From Carcharhinus amblyrhynchos (taxonomy: Eukaryota): a DNA stretch of 64,000 nucleotides. The notes below the pieces were generated by a model. The model made no database searches and was not told the origin of the DNA. It saw only the letters and a list, made by a program, of their open reading frames with translations. How positions within the stretch are numbered: position 1 is the first letter of the stretch; every line of letters begins with the position of its first letter. Made by a program: the position numbers and the translations under genes. Where the stretch lies: assembly GCA_965287045.1 (NCBI GenBank), contig OZ336873.1, positions 71,424,001-71,488,000 on the forward strand. Direction: 5' to 3'. Shown one piece after another: positions 24,430 to 38,135 of the stretch.

Positions 24430-26040
24430 TCCCCTCCATTTCGTCTCCAATGGCAAGTATGAGATGTTCTTAGTCTTCACATCACTAAAATCCAGACAGT
24501 AAAGCAGCTGCCTCTGCAATATCCATCTCTACCACTAGTCTACCTGATCAGACGTTGTTTAGCACTCGCCCCCTCCTGTTCCTAACTTCCATCTATTTCT
24601 AGTTTCTCTCCTATCTCCACGCACAACCTTGTTAATCTCATCTCATCAGATCCACCTCCAGTTCCCTCAGTCTCATTCCCAATAAATTGATGATCACGCA
24701 ACTTCCCCATCCAGCCCCTATGTTAGCCAAATTTATAATTAATTCTCTCTCATCAGGTGTTGTCCCTCTCTCCTAAGTTTGTTGTAATCAATTTCTCTCC
24801 TCAGAAAGAAATCCCTGGACTACCTTCCTTACAAACTATTGTCCCATCTCCAGCCTCCCTTTCCTCTCCAAAATCCTTGTCACCTCCCAAATTTGTTCCT
24901 ATTTTTTCCCAGATTCCCATATTTGAATCCTTCTATCAGGTTTCCACAATTATCACAGTCCTAAAATGGCCCTAGGTCACAAACACCAGCCTAGGTAACA
25001 ATGGCAAATGTAAACTTTCCCTCCTTGTCCTTCTTGACATGTTTGCAACTTTGACATGGTTGATCACACTATTCTCTTCCAACATTCCTGCACTGTTATT
25101 TGGCTAGAGGTGACTGCTATTCCTGGTTCCACTCCTGTTCTTCTAATCTCAGCCAGAGAACCACTTGCAATGGCTACTCTTTGCTCAGCTGCACCATAAT
25201 CTCTATTGTTACCCAAGCATCCATCCTTAAATCCATCCTATTTATTGCTCAACCACTTGATGCTCCTTGGCAACATCATCCAATATGACCAATATTCAAC
25301 ATCTCTCAACTCCTCCACTGTGGCTGAATATTCTCAGACTGCTTACCCGACATCCAGTACGGAACGAGCAGAAATCTTATCCAATCTAATATAAGGAAAA
25401 CTGAAGCCATTATATTTTTCTTCCTGTTCCAAACAGCACTCCCTAGCTACCAACTCTATCCCCCTCCCTGACAGCAGTCTGAGATTAAGACAATCTGTTC
25501 CCAACATTGGCATGTCATTTCACCCCAGGGTCAGCTTCCAAACTAATGTTCACGCCATTGTTAGATCTGTCTATTTTCACATTGTAACACTACTCGACTT
25601 CACCTTGTCTCTGTACCCTGCTGTTGAAACCCTCATTCATGCTTTCTGTACCTCTGCATCTAACTAACGAAGTGCACTCCTGGCTGGTCTCCCATAATTT
25701 ACCCTCCATGAACACAAGTTCATTCAAAGCTTTGTTACTTGTTTCTTAACTAGTTGTGCATCGTATTTCTCTATCACCCCTGTACTCACTGACCAACACC
25801 AGTTCTGAGGCCTCACTATCTCTCCTCCAGACACACAACTTTCAGAGTTATCTGTGCTCCTTTCGTTCTGGCATGTTACAAGTCCCCATTTTTATTGCTC
25901 CACTATTGATGTCAATGCCTTCAGATGCCTCAGCCTCAAGTTCTGGAATTCCCTCCCTACAACTCTGCCTCTCTACCTCACTTCACTCCTCAAAGACAGT
26001 TTTTAAAATGTACCTCTTTGACAATTTGACTTCTGCTTAT
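24430..26040 (+). mobile_element. Ancient L2-like LINE RT remnant
   Basis: 25020-25085 reads LLVLLDMFAT(F)DMVDHTILFQH (compare L2 LLDLSAAFDTVDH); C-terminal gaaaccctcattcatgc and ctggaattccctccc motifs. A related remnant lies at 27840-28830. Confidence 0.7.
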
Positions 26041-26062
26041 GTGGCTTACTGTCACCATTTAG

Positions 26063-26545
26063 TTTACTAGGATGCTGTCAGGACTTGATGGATTGAGGTA
26101 TAAAGAGAGGTTGGATAGACTGGGACTTTTTTCTCTGGAGCGTAGGAGGCTGAGGGGTGATCCTATAGATGTCTATAAAATAATGAGAGTCACAGGTCAG
26201 CTAGATAGTCAATATATTTTCCCAAAGATAGGGGAGTCTAAAACTGAGGATATAGGCTCAAGGTGAGAAGAGAGAAATACAAAAGTGTCCAGAGGTGCAA
26301 TTTTTTCACACAAAGAGTGGTGAGTTTCTGGAACAACCTGCCAGAGGTAGTAGTAGAGGTGGGTACAATTTTGTCTTTTAAAAAGTATTTAGATAGTTAC
26401 ATGAGTACTATAGGTATAGCGGGACATGGGCCAAATGCAGGCAATTGGGACTAGCTTAAGGGTTTAAAAACAAAGGGCAGCATGAACAAGTTGGGCCGAA
26501 GGGCCTGTTTCCATGCTGTAAACTTCTATGACTCTATGATTCTAT
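26063..26545 (+). mobile_element. CR1 3' fragment
   Basis: ORFs 26072..26266 and 26263..26454 (ERRRLRGD, FFTQRVV) and a ctatgact/ctatgatt tail. Confidence 0.9.
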
Positions 26546-28032
26546 AATGTTGTATTTAGGGTGATAGAATCCATTGAATCTCTGCAGTACAGATGGAGCC
26601 CATTTGGCCCATCGAGCCTGCATTAACTCTTGAAAAGAGCATTTTACCCAGAAGGTGCTAAGTACTGTGCCACCATGGGCTTAAGATTCAACCACATTGC
26701 TGTGGGTCTGGAGTTACATGTAGGCCAGACTTTGTCAGGATGGCAGATTTCCTTGCCTTAAAAGGCTTTAGTGAATTAGGTAGGATTTTTAAAAAGTCAA
26801 TCGTGACCATTACTGATACAATCATTGATGATGCTAGTTTTAAGATTTCACTATTGAATTGAATTGAAATTCCCCAGTTGTCTTGGTGGGATTTGCACTA
26901 TTGTTTCTAGATAATTACACCAGGCCTCATCTCTCAAGGGGCTGTGAATGTTTAGAATTTTCTACCAGAGAGCAGTAGAGACTTTGAGACATTGAATATA
27001 TTTAAGATTGAATTGGGCAGATTTTTGATCGACAAGAGGGTTGAGAGTTATGACAGGGAAGTGGAGTTAAGACCACAATCCAATCAGCTATGATCTTATT
27101 GAAGCAGGCTCGATGAGCTGAAAGACTTACATCTGCTCCTATTTCCTATATTCTTATGCCACTGAAATATGAGACAACTAACATTAGCACTCTGCCACTG
27201 TAGTCACATACTGGCAGCTGTCCTTCTGAAATTACAATGATAAATAAATTCAAAAGTACTTGGTTGACTATAAAGGGCTATAAATGAAACTTTTTTCCTT
27301 TGGTTTTCAGCCCAGATTACTAATCACTACTTAAATCCTGATTGTGATTGGATGATGTTGAAGAATTAGCAGCTTCACATGATCAGATGAGTTGTTGCTA
27401 ATTCTGTGTTATGAGACAGAGTCACTCTTTTTCCTAGACGTCCTGAAATGCACACACAGTGAGACAGATTGACAAAGTGCTGACTGGCAGTCTCAAATCT
27501 GGGAGCCAACTGCATTTCAAGACAAATGTGCTGCTTGAATATTTAATTTCAGTTGGTTAATCATGACTGAAAAGAGTCAAAGTGGGCAAACTGCCCTTCT
27601 GAGTGAGGGTCTCCTGGGTAAACTCAATCATGACAGAAGCATACCTTGAAGAGAGAGATGGGGGGGGGGGAATTGTGAGATGAATTGTGGGGTGAATGCC
27701 AGTCTCTATTAAAGGCATTGTTATTCACCATGTAGAAGCATAATATGGAACTGATCACCTTAACCCTGGAACAAATGAAAATAGTGCTTTCAAAAGGAGC
27801 AAGTTAAGTTGATTTCCCTCAGCTTGACACCTGCCTTTCTCTCCTTGTCAAACTCAATTTCCTCTCTACCACCTCTATCCATCTCCCTGACAATATTCTG
27901 TTCACAACCTTGGCTTTTATTTAATCCCAGCATGCGCTACTGAATAGTGTTCACACCATTGTTAAGTCTGTCTACTTCCAGATCCATAGTACACACTCGA
28001 TTTCACCCCACCTTAGTTCATTTGCTACTAAA

Positions 28033-28345
28033 TGGCATCATTGTGGCACAGTGATTAGCACTGCTGCCTCACAATGCCAGGGACGTGGTTTGATTCCTAG
28101 TTTGGGTCACTGTTTGTGTGAAATTTCTCCCCGTGTCTGCGTGGGTTTCCTCCAAGTGCTCCAGTTTCCTCCTACAGTCTGAAAGATGTGCAGGTTAGGT
28201 GGATTGGCTATGCTAAATTGCCCGTTAGTGTCAGAGAGACTAGCTAGGGTAAATTCATGGGTCTACAGCTATAGGGCTGGATGGAATGGTGCAAACTTGA
28301 TAGGCCAAATAGCCTCCTTCTGCGCTGCAGGATTCTATGATTCTA
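28033..28345 (+). mobile_element. HE1/V-type SINE
   Basis: GGCACAGTGATTAGCACTGCTGCCTCAC head, V body (gcgtgggtttcctcc..gtgctcc) and CR1-like tail ggattctatgattcta. Confidence 0.85.
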
Positions 28346-29399
28346 AGTTCCTCATTCAGGTTTTTCATATATCTAAACCTGACTATTCCAGTGCTTTCCT
28401 GGCTGGTCTCAAATATGTTACCCTTGATGTTCTCATGGGCAGCCAAAACCTTGTGTTACCTTTGTCTTAACTCATCGCTTGTTTAATTCTTCTATCGCCC
28501 CTGTACTGACAAACTTTGGCTCCTGATCAAGTCACATTTTGAGTTTCAAATTCTTATCCTCCTTTTCAAATCCCTTTCAGGTCTCACCTTTCCCTAACTC
28601 TCTTCCAGATGCACAACTTTCAGAGATATCTTTGCTTCTTTCATTCAGGCCTGTGTTCCTCATTTCCGTTGCTCCACCATTGATGCCTATGCCTTCAGAT
28701 ACCTCAGCCCCAAACTCTGGAATTCCCTCCACTCCCCACACTCTTTGTTTCTCTCCCTCACTTTCCTCCTTGAAGACACTTCGAGCCCACCACTCTGACC
28801 AAGCTTTTTGATAATTTGACTTAATAGCATCTTACCTGGATCACTTTCATATTTTTCCCTGTGAAGTTTGTTAGTATGTTTCAGCTTTTGAAGTTGTTGT
28901 ATGAACTGTTGTTGAGGAGTCTGGATAGCATCGACATAGAGGAAGTGTTACTACTGGAACCACCGGACACTGACGATTGGTCAAGAAACCAACAGTGACT
29001 GGAAGAAATACTTCTTATCCAGTGAGTGCTTGGGATCTAGACTGCAATGCTGAAGAATGTGATGAAGGCAGGTTCACTCATGGCTTTCAATAGGGAATTG
29101 GGTGATCCCCTGAAAAGTAAGAAATTGATAGGTAAAGAACAAGTGAATGAAATTAGCTAAGTTGCACTTGCAGAGGGTTGGTATGCAATTGATGGACTGA
29201 AGAGCCTTGTCTGTATTGTAACCATGCTTTGAATCTCTGACTCTACAAGATGAGCATAATGGAGAAAAGATAAAACTGGCATAATGTCAATGCAAGACCC
29301 TGAAAATACACACACCTGTACAAAATTCCTCTACCTCAGACAGTGATGGATGCTCAGACAAATATATTTATAATGGGAATCAATCGGTGTTTGGGCACT

Positions 29400-29520
29400 C
29401 AAATAAAAGCACTATACTCCAGATGCTGGAAATCTGAAATATAAACAGAAAAGATGAATAAACTCAGCAGATCTGATAGCATCCATGGAGAGAGAAACTG
29501 AATTAACATTTCAAGCCTAT
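29400..29520 (-). repeat. Penelope-associated short repeat, same family as 40550-40682
   Basis: agatgctggaaatctgaaatataaacagaa...aactcagcagatctgatagcatc is the reverse complement of 40595-40670. Confidence 0.6.
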
Positions 29521-29579
29521 AATCCTCAAGAGATTATTCTGGCTCTGCATTTCATAGACACCTTGTCAGTCTTAGCAAA

Positions 29580-29900
29580 ATGCCTAAAGTTGTGGACAGA
29601 AAGAGTCTTGTACCAGTGAAAGTAAAAAAGGTTGTCATGGAAGGGTGACGGTGTGAGAAGTCACAGTTGTTAAAACCCTACCCAGTAAAAGTTTGGAAAT
29701 AAGATGTGAAGATGGGTGTCACTGTGAGGATGAGGGCAAGAGTTATAGTCCTACCTCAGGGGAGACAATTCCTGTTACAAGAACCGCATGACTCCCATCC
29801 AGATCACAATAGAATGAAGGCCCTAAACCAAGAGTTATATTTGGTGGCTGAGTATTGACAAGGAAATAGAAAAAGTGGTTGAATGCAAAAGTTCTTGTCA
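29580..29900 (+). mobile_element. Gypsy/Ty3 integrase zinc-binding (H2C2) remnant
   Basis: 29775-29890 reads LQEPHDSHP..RMKAL/KSYIWWLSIDKEIEKVVEC with frameshifts. Confidence 0.7.
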
Positions 29901-30659
29901 CTGTCCTACCAGAGTCACCAATTGTTGTGCCTGCCACAGAGTTTGTTTTAACCCTTATACGATGGACAAAGAATTGCGAGTAGACTTTTTGTTAGTACGA
30001 CCAATATTTATTTAAAGCACACAATAATAATCACCCATCCAACCAACAATAAGTTACTTTACAGAAAATACTAAAGTTCAAGTCCAATACTAGACCTTGA
30101 CTTAATTTTGCAAGTACCCAAGCAGATATTGGCCTTTTTCTGTGCGCTGGTCTCTATAGTCCTCTGCATAGTCTGGTCCTCTGATCTGTCTGGCACTCTG
30201 GCTCTAGTCTTCCTTCCTTCTCCGGCGTGGTGGCTCTCCTCTTGCTGGTTGTTGTTGACAATGGTCACTGTTGTTGTAGCTCGTTCGTGGGGTCAGAGAG
30301 AGAGAGAGAGAGAGCTTCTGTTATGTAGCATCTTTTATCCCTCCTTGGTTTTGTGTTCTTTTGAGAGATCTCCTGGTTCTTTCAATCAATCGATCAAGGC
30401 TTGATCACCCTGATCGATAAGATTCCAATCAGGAGCTGCCACACCGATCTCTGGGTGTGCACTTAATGGCCATGCCTGTAGGTGCTGGAGGCACGTAGGT
30501 CACATACCTCTCTCCCAAATAAGGGGTTAAGGCTCCTTTTTTTTCTGGTAAGCAAATATGTTTGACCAGAGAATGTCCATTGTGTCTGGGATGGCCTATT
30601 TCCTGTGTATTCAGTCATCTGAGCTGATGACTGTGTATCTCTGTCTTTTAAGCTGCAGC

Positions 30660-31595
30660 CTGCTATTTTAATTCTTGCCCAATTGTCTCAGATGCTTTAT
30701 AAATCGTCAATTTAGGTGGCCTGTTTGGCCACAAACTACTCAAGGTTTCCTGCCCTGACTGGTGAACCTCAATGCTTTGCTCATTTTGTAACTCCTGAGT
30801 ACCCTTCTCTGCTATCTCTATTTCTGTCAACATTTCCATCACTTTCTCAAAAGTCAACTCAGACTCAGCCAATAGTTTCCCTTACATAGCTGCATTACAT
30901 ACATCTCGTACCAATCAATCTCTTAACATGTCATTTAAAGCTGACCTTGCTATGAAGGCTGTATGGTCTCCCTGAGGCCCTTCCCATTGAGTTGAACTTA
31001 CATCTTTGCAGTGTTACTGAGGCTTTAGTGTGGTCAGGCCCCTTTGCAAGCACAACAAGCTCTGCAAATGTCTTTATGCTGGGAGAATCTGGGAGCATCT
31101 GCCCTACAAGCAGTGAGTAAAATTATTTTCTTACCCTCCCCCCCACTATTCCATTGCCCTGAAAAAATACTCCAACTATTCCACACACTGTAATTAATTC
31201 TCAATGTTTGCATTGAAGGCTTTTAGTTTTCTAATGAGAAGCAAGCCTGTTCCCTCTTTTTCGGGCTGGGATTAATCTGATTCACTCTGCAGTTTTGCAG
31301 TGACGTTTTCTTCAAATTCCTTGCTGCAAATAAAGTCACTCTGATTTACCTCATCGCCAATATAGTAATTTCAAGGATTGGTGACCAGCAGTTAGTATAA
31401 TGAAATATAACAGTTTATTTACAAACAGATAAATATATGGAGTACTTTCATGCCATTTACACTTACAGTTCTATGATCTACTCTCGCTGCAAAAGTCCAC
31501 ACCCTGTACCAAGGTCCCCACACTCATTCCCCATTGGGTGATTGGTCACATGACCATCCTGGTGTATGCTCCTTAAAGGGGCCACCTACTACACC
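30660..31595 (-). mobile_element. Gypsy LTR retrotransposon 5' relic (LTR, PBS, gag)
   Basis: PBS-like TGGCGATGAGG (31349-31359, minus) next to an LTR-like segment containing AATAAA; gag-like LAESELTFEKVMEMLTEIEIAEK (ORF 30663..30872). Confidence 0.7.
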
Positions 31596-32964
31596 TGGGC
31601 TATCAGCACATCCGAGGAAACGAATGCAAGAAACGTCTGTACAGAGCAATCCATAAGAACAGAAAAATTACGGGCCAATGGTTTTTAACCAAACAATAAC
31701 TACCATACTTCTTTGTTTCTTAATCTTTCCTGTTTAAGCCATTTTTCTGGCATATCTATTATAGCTGTTAGAATTTGCATTGAGAGATCTTGTTCACTGA
31801 GGCAGGAGGAAGTGTTAGTAGGATATTAATGCCAGAGTCCACACTCAGCTTATTTGGAGAAGATGAGAAGTTAAAATGTGCAACTTTCAAATAAAGTTAA
31901 AGTTTATTTATTAGTCACAAGTAAAACTTACATTAACACTGCAATGAAGTTACTGTGAAGTGTAAATGAGTCTAAGTTATTTAAGAATTGGATTGTGTGT
32001 TCATCCAAATGGCCATTGGGAAACGTTATCGCCATATAGATCTTCTTTCAAATGTACGGAGGAGTGAGCATGCAGTGAGTTCCCTGCTAGATGATAACAA
32101 TAGACAGGGTGTGGGCCAAAAGGAGATGAGAAACACATTTTCACACAAGGTCACACACCTACTGCACTTACAAAGAAATTGTTTGATCTTTGGGAGAAAG
32201 GCAAATCTAAGCACAAAAGTTTCCTGTGATTCTTTCCACCCCAGCCTGTACAGTGAGAGCTGAGTATAGTGGCTGACGTTGTTATGTGTGTCGCACAGGA
32301 CCCAACAACAGCTTTTGATGGAATCATTTTTTTCCATGATTGGGGTCAGGTCAGAGGTTGAAATAAATAAGATCAGAAACAGGAGGTCGGAATCGTTCAT
32401 TCTGGAGTCTCGGGGATATTTTTCAGTCCCCCACTGAACCCAGCAGTGTGTTCTCTGACGATGGAGGCAGCTCATCATTGGCCACTGGTTGTATTTTCCA
32501 ATCCCGGCGGGGGGGGGGGCCAACAGTGCTGTGTGTGTCTCAGCCACCCTGATGCTGGAGAAGTCATCACTGGGGGACATCTTCACTGGGAAAACCCAAC
32601 CCTAAATTCATTTGAGGGAGCAGAAGTGAGAATGATTTCTGTTGGAGATAGTGGGGGGTGGAGGAGGGGGCAATCAATCCATTCACAGATACCAAATCAT
32701 TTATTTAGATATTATAATGAGGCTGCCCAGCTTCACTTTAATGGAATGCTATTTTTAATTCCTATTTGGTTGGGTTCCCCAGATCTCAGGAAATCTGAGA
32801 GCTGAAAGGAAGTTTAATTCATGAGGTAAATACTTCTAGAGCACTCCCTGTGAGCCAGGAAAAGCAGACCTAACAATCTGCCAAATAACCACTCACAATC
32901 TGCCTGCTCCACTCCCCACCGGAATTTTCTTCTCCCAATCATCACCTCCCTTCAACCATCAACT

Positions 32965-33305
32965 GGGATGGCACGGTGACACAGTGATGAGCACTTCTGT
33001 CTCAGAGTGCCAGGGACCCAGGTTCAACTCCCAGCTTGGGTCACTGTCTGTGTGCAGTTTGCACATTCTCCCTGTATCTGCGTGGGTTTCCCCTGGGTGC
33101 TCTAGTTTCTTCCCAAAGTCCAAAGATGTGCAGGTTAAGTGGATTGGCCGTGCTAAATTGTCCTTTAGTTTCAGGGGGACTAGGTCGGGTAAATGCATGT
33201 GTTTATGGGGATAGAGCCTGGGTGGGATTGTGGTCAGTGCAGACTCGATGGGCCGAAAGTCTCCTTCTGCACTGTAGGATTCTATGCTTCTATGATTCTA
33301 TGAAC
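32965..33305 (+). mobile_element. HE1/V-type SINE, near full length
   Basis: A/B-box-like head (gacacagtgatgagcac...ggttcaactccc), V body and (ctatgatt)n CR1-type tail. Confidence 0.9.
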
Positions 33306-34869
33306 TACCACAGCACTGATAACCATCAGCTCCCTCACTCACAATCAGTTTCACACCTATTGGCTAATGGCTTCCAGATCTCAAAATAGAACAGAACATG
33401 GTTTTCACCTAAAATTCATAAGGCTGCAAAAAGCTTTAGACAGCAGTCAGTGATGTTTCAAACAATATTTATTTGACAACTAACCGCACAAGTAAATTTA
33501 AATCTAAGCCAATACCCCATTAGTCGCTGTTTTCAAACAGTTTGGATAATATCCAACACATCAGCTTTTCTGTTCCATAGCTCTGCAATTCTTATCCAGG
33601 AATAAGGCCGCAGTCAATGCTGCACCAGAATCTCCCTGGGCAACCATTCCCTCCCTTCCCCTTCCTCCAACTAAAATGGCACTGAATATCAACTTTGGCT
33701 GCATTATAATCAGAGAGATCTGATATATGACCTCTCATTCCCAACATTTCCACCCGCTATTCTCCCACCATTAGTCACCTTCACACTGTTTGATCAATAA
33801 TGTCCTTGTGATTGTCTTTTGACTCCAGATTTCACACAGGAAAACCAAGGGGATTAATCTTCAATTCATGAAATCTCAAGCACAATAGAAGAATATTAAC
33901 GACTCTAAGTAGCCATCCTGTCTATTTAGACAACCTGTCTCCATCTAACCTTTGGTGCCTTTCCTCTCTGTTATTCTACAAGCTACGCACTCTTTATGCC
34001 TTTAATGTTACATTTTATTTGGTATGCAACTAATGCTCAAAATGAGAAACATGCATGGTATTGTGATGTGCCCATTATTATCTCTTCAAACAGACTTGGC
34101 AAATCATAGCAAATTATGAAAGGAATCTTAATTTGTATTCCAACAAATAACGTTGTGGGGTAATCTTCTGGGAAGCATGCTGTGCTAATTCACACTTGAA
34201 AAATTATTCACCCTTACAACTCAGTGACGTTAATACCTGATTTCCCTATTTGTATTACAAAGGAATTTGATTGGAAAGAAAATATTATTAGGGATAGAGC
34301 TAAAATCATTGGTCCCAAACAAGATGGAGCCAGTCAGATCTGCCCACTGGCTCTGAACAATCCAGTACTGATGGAGGATGAAAAGAAGCAGTTTTCTGAG
34401 CTTTCGCCGTGAACTTTGAACGTCAGCAATCATCAACATGGAACTGTGAGCATCCACTCTTTATTTCCCATCCAGTTAAAAAGATGCTTGACGGTGAACC
34501 CAAGTGTCCTCAAAAGCGGCTATTTTTGACAGTAGTATGAATGTGAAGAAATTAAAGAGTTAGTTCCACTCAAATAGTGAAATCACAAACAAATTAACAA
34601 ATCTGTAGCACACTTCAAAACCTCAGGATATGTCAAAGAATTGTGAAGCCAACAAGAGTAGTTACTTCATGGAAAAATGCAACATCAAATTTGTGTACAT
34701 TAAGATTCCACAATCACAAATTAATTAAATGATTAGATAACCCAGTTGCAATGTTGGTTTGAGGGTTACGTGTTGGATAGCAAATGTCTTCAATTCCTCT
34801 TCCAGCTCTATTTTTACATCCACCTGAGAGGGAAGATGAGGCCTCATTTTAATATTTTATTTAAAGACT

Positions 34870-35533
34870 GTGGTGAAATTCTCCAGTCCACTCTCTGGCA
34901 GGTTTAATGGTGGGTGATGGTAACAATGTGGTCAACAATGTGGCAGGAGGTTTAATGTTGGCATAAAATGATGGCAGGAACGTGCACTCACACTTTCTAT
35001 GCTGGAGTCGCTATTTTCTCCAGCAGCCATTGTGAAACCAGTTTACATTCCATTAATGGAGGAAGATGAAGGCTCAACCAGAAATGTCCCCCTGTCTCGT
35101 CTTCCACACCACCAGCGGGATATCATGTCCAGACCGACGTGGTGTGCACATTAACTTATCTATAAGGAGGCCTGAGGCAGCACACGGAGATCTGAGTTGA
35201 TGGAGGCCTGCAGTGACCACACTCTGGGACACAGCTCCAAGCAACAATGACTGGGTGGATAACCTACCGCGTGGATTTTCTGTACAGGATCTTCCAGTCA
35301 GTGGATCTTCTCTTTCAATGGTGTTCAAGGTGACGTGTGGGCAACTTTTAAATATGGTACCCAGATATGATGGTGAACCACCCCACCATACACATCAAGA
35401 AACTTTCAAATGCATAATTAGCTCATCATTGTGTGATAAGGCACAATTTCCCACTGATATCCATATCAGGAAACATTCCCAGTCCCATCCCTGTTGGCCA
35501 GAGGACTTAGTCCCAGAATGGAAAATTGCGCCA
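34870..35533. mobile_element. PIF/Harbinger-type non-autonomous element
   Basis: Ends GGTGAAATTCTCCA ... TGGAAAATTGCGCC are imperfectly inverted. It interrupts a Deu-type SINE that resumes at ~35535. Confidence 0.5.
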
Positions 35534-35786
35534 TGGACTTCCGACAGTGCTGCACTCCCTCAGTACTGTATCAGCATGTTAGCCTAGATTATGCGCTCAA
35601 GTCTCGAAGTGGTGTTTGAACTTAAGAACCAGCACCTTGACCCCTACCTGAATATCCTGGGGTAGAGACAGGGAATGAAAAATTCATTTTGCAATCACTT
35701 CTTTGTGCTACTGCATAAGGTAAATATATTTCACACAGATTAGAGGAGAATTAATTCAGAAAGCAAAATATACAGAGCTCAAGTAT

Positions 35787-36151
35787 TTTATTGGTTTCAA
35801 ATAGATAAATATTTATTTTACAAAATGTACAGGTAAGTAGGTCTCCAGTTTTTGATTGCTAGTTGCCTCTAGTGTGCTAAAGAACTTGATACTGCTTTCA
35901 AGATGACATATATAGGAAGTTGCTACAACAACAAAGAAAACTGAATCAATTTGCAATACAATCTCCTTCCTGTGCAGCTCAGTTGCCTGCACAAGGCAGC
36001 GACAATCCTTCATACAGTTCCGTCAGCATGCTCTGTGTCAACGTTGCAAGAAAGTGTTGGAGCATGAGAGGCTAAGCTTGTCTGAGGCTGCATCCGGTCA
36101 GAAAAATGTCTTCAAGCGCTGCGGTTCCTTGCGAATATGCCTCTCCTCCAG
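35787..36151 (-). terminator. RGCC-like 3' UTR with two AATAAA poly(A) signals (35812-35817 and 35787-35792)
   Basis: Two tttatt hexamers on + strand, about 340-360 nt past the stop codon, in AT-rich unique sequence. Confidence 0.65.
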
Positions 36152-36162
36152 TTACATCATCT
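36152..36162 (-). CDS. rgcc: RGCC-like gene, coding part of terminal exon 5 (E-M-M-stop)
   Basis: Strong acceptor ctctttcccttgttgcag|AG ATG ATG TAA gives ...TLAEMM*, comparable to human ...TLASM*. Followed by repeat-free 3' UTR-like sequence and AATAAA. Confidence 0.8.
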
Positions 36163-37261
36163 CTGCAACAAGGGAAAGAGAATGTTTACTCTTCATTGTT
36201 CCAGGCAAATTCAAAGTGGGGAAGGAAGGCAGTGTGTTGTTAATTGCAGTGTAAAACCATCACATAAATAATGACAAGGTTTGGAAAAGACTCTGCAAAT
36301 CTACATTACAATCCCAGTCTAGAAGTTGCCAGCCTAAAGGGTAATTGAAGCATTCATCCAGGACAAGGTTTTGCAGCCCCACCCAATAATTTGGCTGATC
36401 TGTGGTGAGGCTGTGGAGATAATGAGTCATTCTTCAGTATTCTGCAAATCCTCCTAAATATATATGCAAACAGCAAATGTGTTTATTCCCTAAGATCATT
36501 ATTTTTAAAGCACAAATTAGTGAAAGTATTCTAGCCCACAGGTGAAATTTTTTAGAGGCCTGCTAGCTCAACTTGACACTTGAAGTTACGTTTCAGATTG
36601 GGAAGATATGAGCGACGGAAGGAGAGCGATATCAAGAAACTTCAACCAAAACTGTTCACTATTGCACCTGCAAATGCAGATGACAGAAACATAGGCTTCA
36701 GGCAGAATGCTACAGCCTCCCCAAAACCATCCAATTCCCAAACCAGCTCCCATCTGTGGCAGATTTCCTGGTAGCAGAAGCAACTCACTATTGGCTGCCG
36801 GTGGGATCTCTGGGCCTTAGCGAAGACGGTGATTTACATTCCTCACCCATGCCACTATGGGTTGGGTCATCTTAAGTGGGACCAGAAAATCTCACTAGCG
36901 GGAAGTGCAGGAAAATTCTGCCCTAACAAATAAGTAGTACCTTTCATTAGCTTAGGATATCTCGAAGTATTTTAGAACCATTGCAGCTGTTTTGAAGTGT
37001 GACCAGTGCAGTAATGCAGGAAAGCGGGCTGCCCCCAAACTGTGATGAGACCAATTTATATGATCATAAATCTTAAGAAGATGGTTGAGGTGTAAATATT
37101 GGCCTGGACACGAGAGAGAACTCCCCTACTCAGACTGATGCCAAATTGACACTTGATTGAGGTGTGCTGCCACATTGGAGGTGCTGTCTTTTGGATAAGC
37201 CTTAAGCCAACCCCCTTCTCATCTCTCAGGTAGATGTAAACAATCCCATGTTGAAGAAAAG

Positions 37262-38135
37262 GAACATAAGAACATAAGAAATAGGAGCAGGAGTAGGCCA
37301 TCTGGCCCTTCGAGCCTGCCCCGCCATTCAATAAGATCATGGCTGATCTGTCGTGGCTCAGTTCCACATTCCCACCCTCTCCCCATAACCCTTAATCCCC
37401 TCTCTTATCAAAAACCCATCAACCTGCGTCTTAAAAATATTTAGCAAGGTAGCCTCCACCACTTCAACGGGCAGAGAATTCCAGAGATTCACCACCCTTT
37501 GAGTGAAGAAGTTCTTCCTCAACTCCGTTCTAAACCGCCACCCCTTTATCTTGAGGCTGTGCCCCCTAGTCCTACTGTCCTTTCTGAGGAGGAAGAGTCT
37601 CTCCACCTCTATCCTATCCATCCCATTCATCATCTTATACGTCTCAATGAGATCTCCCCTCATTCTTCTAAACTCTAACGAGTACAAGCCTAGTTTATTC
37701 AGCCTCTCCTCATAGCTCAACCCCTTCAACTCCGGCATCAGCCTAGTAAACCTCCTCTGCACTCCCTCCAAGGCCAAAATATCCTTGCATAAGTACGGTG
37801 CCCAAAACTGCACACAGTACACCAGCTGCGGCCTCACCAGTGCCCTATACAGCTGCAGCAAGACCTCCCTACTTTTATATTCAATCCCCCTCGCTATGAA
37901 GGCCAGCATCCCATTCGCCTTCCTGACCACCTGCTGCACCTGCAGGCTGGGTTTTTGTGACTCATGCACAAGGACCCCGAGGTCCCTCTGCACCGTCGCC
38001 TGCTGCAGTTTTTCTCCACATAAGTAATAATCCTTCCTACCATTATTCCTACCAAAGTGGACCACCTCGCACTTGCCAACATTAAATTCCATTTGCCATT
38101 TCCTGGCCCATTCGCCCAGCCTATCTAGATCCTTC
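37262..38135 (-). mobile_element. Young 5'-truncated CR1 in RGCC intron 4, nested in a Deu-type SINE
   Basis: Intact 244-aa ORF 37358..38092. SINE halves at 37150-37260 and 38150-38350 (tatttatccctcaaccaacatc...gattatctggtcatt). Confidence 0.95.

Noticed and set aside
32026-32586. 186-aa minus-strand ORF
   Set aside because: Non-ATG start, crosses a MITE-like GC-rich repeat, and has no recognisable homology.
32965-33040. tRNA gene
   Set aside because: The tRNA-like head continues into a V-SINE body and LINE tail; no complete cloverleaf.
35813-36013. 66-aa minus-strand ORF
   Set aside because: Lies within the inferred RGCC 3' UTR and has no recognisable motif.
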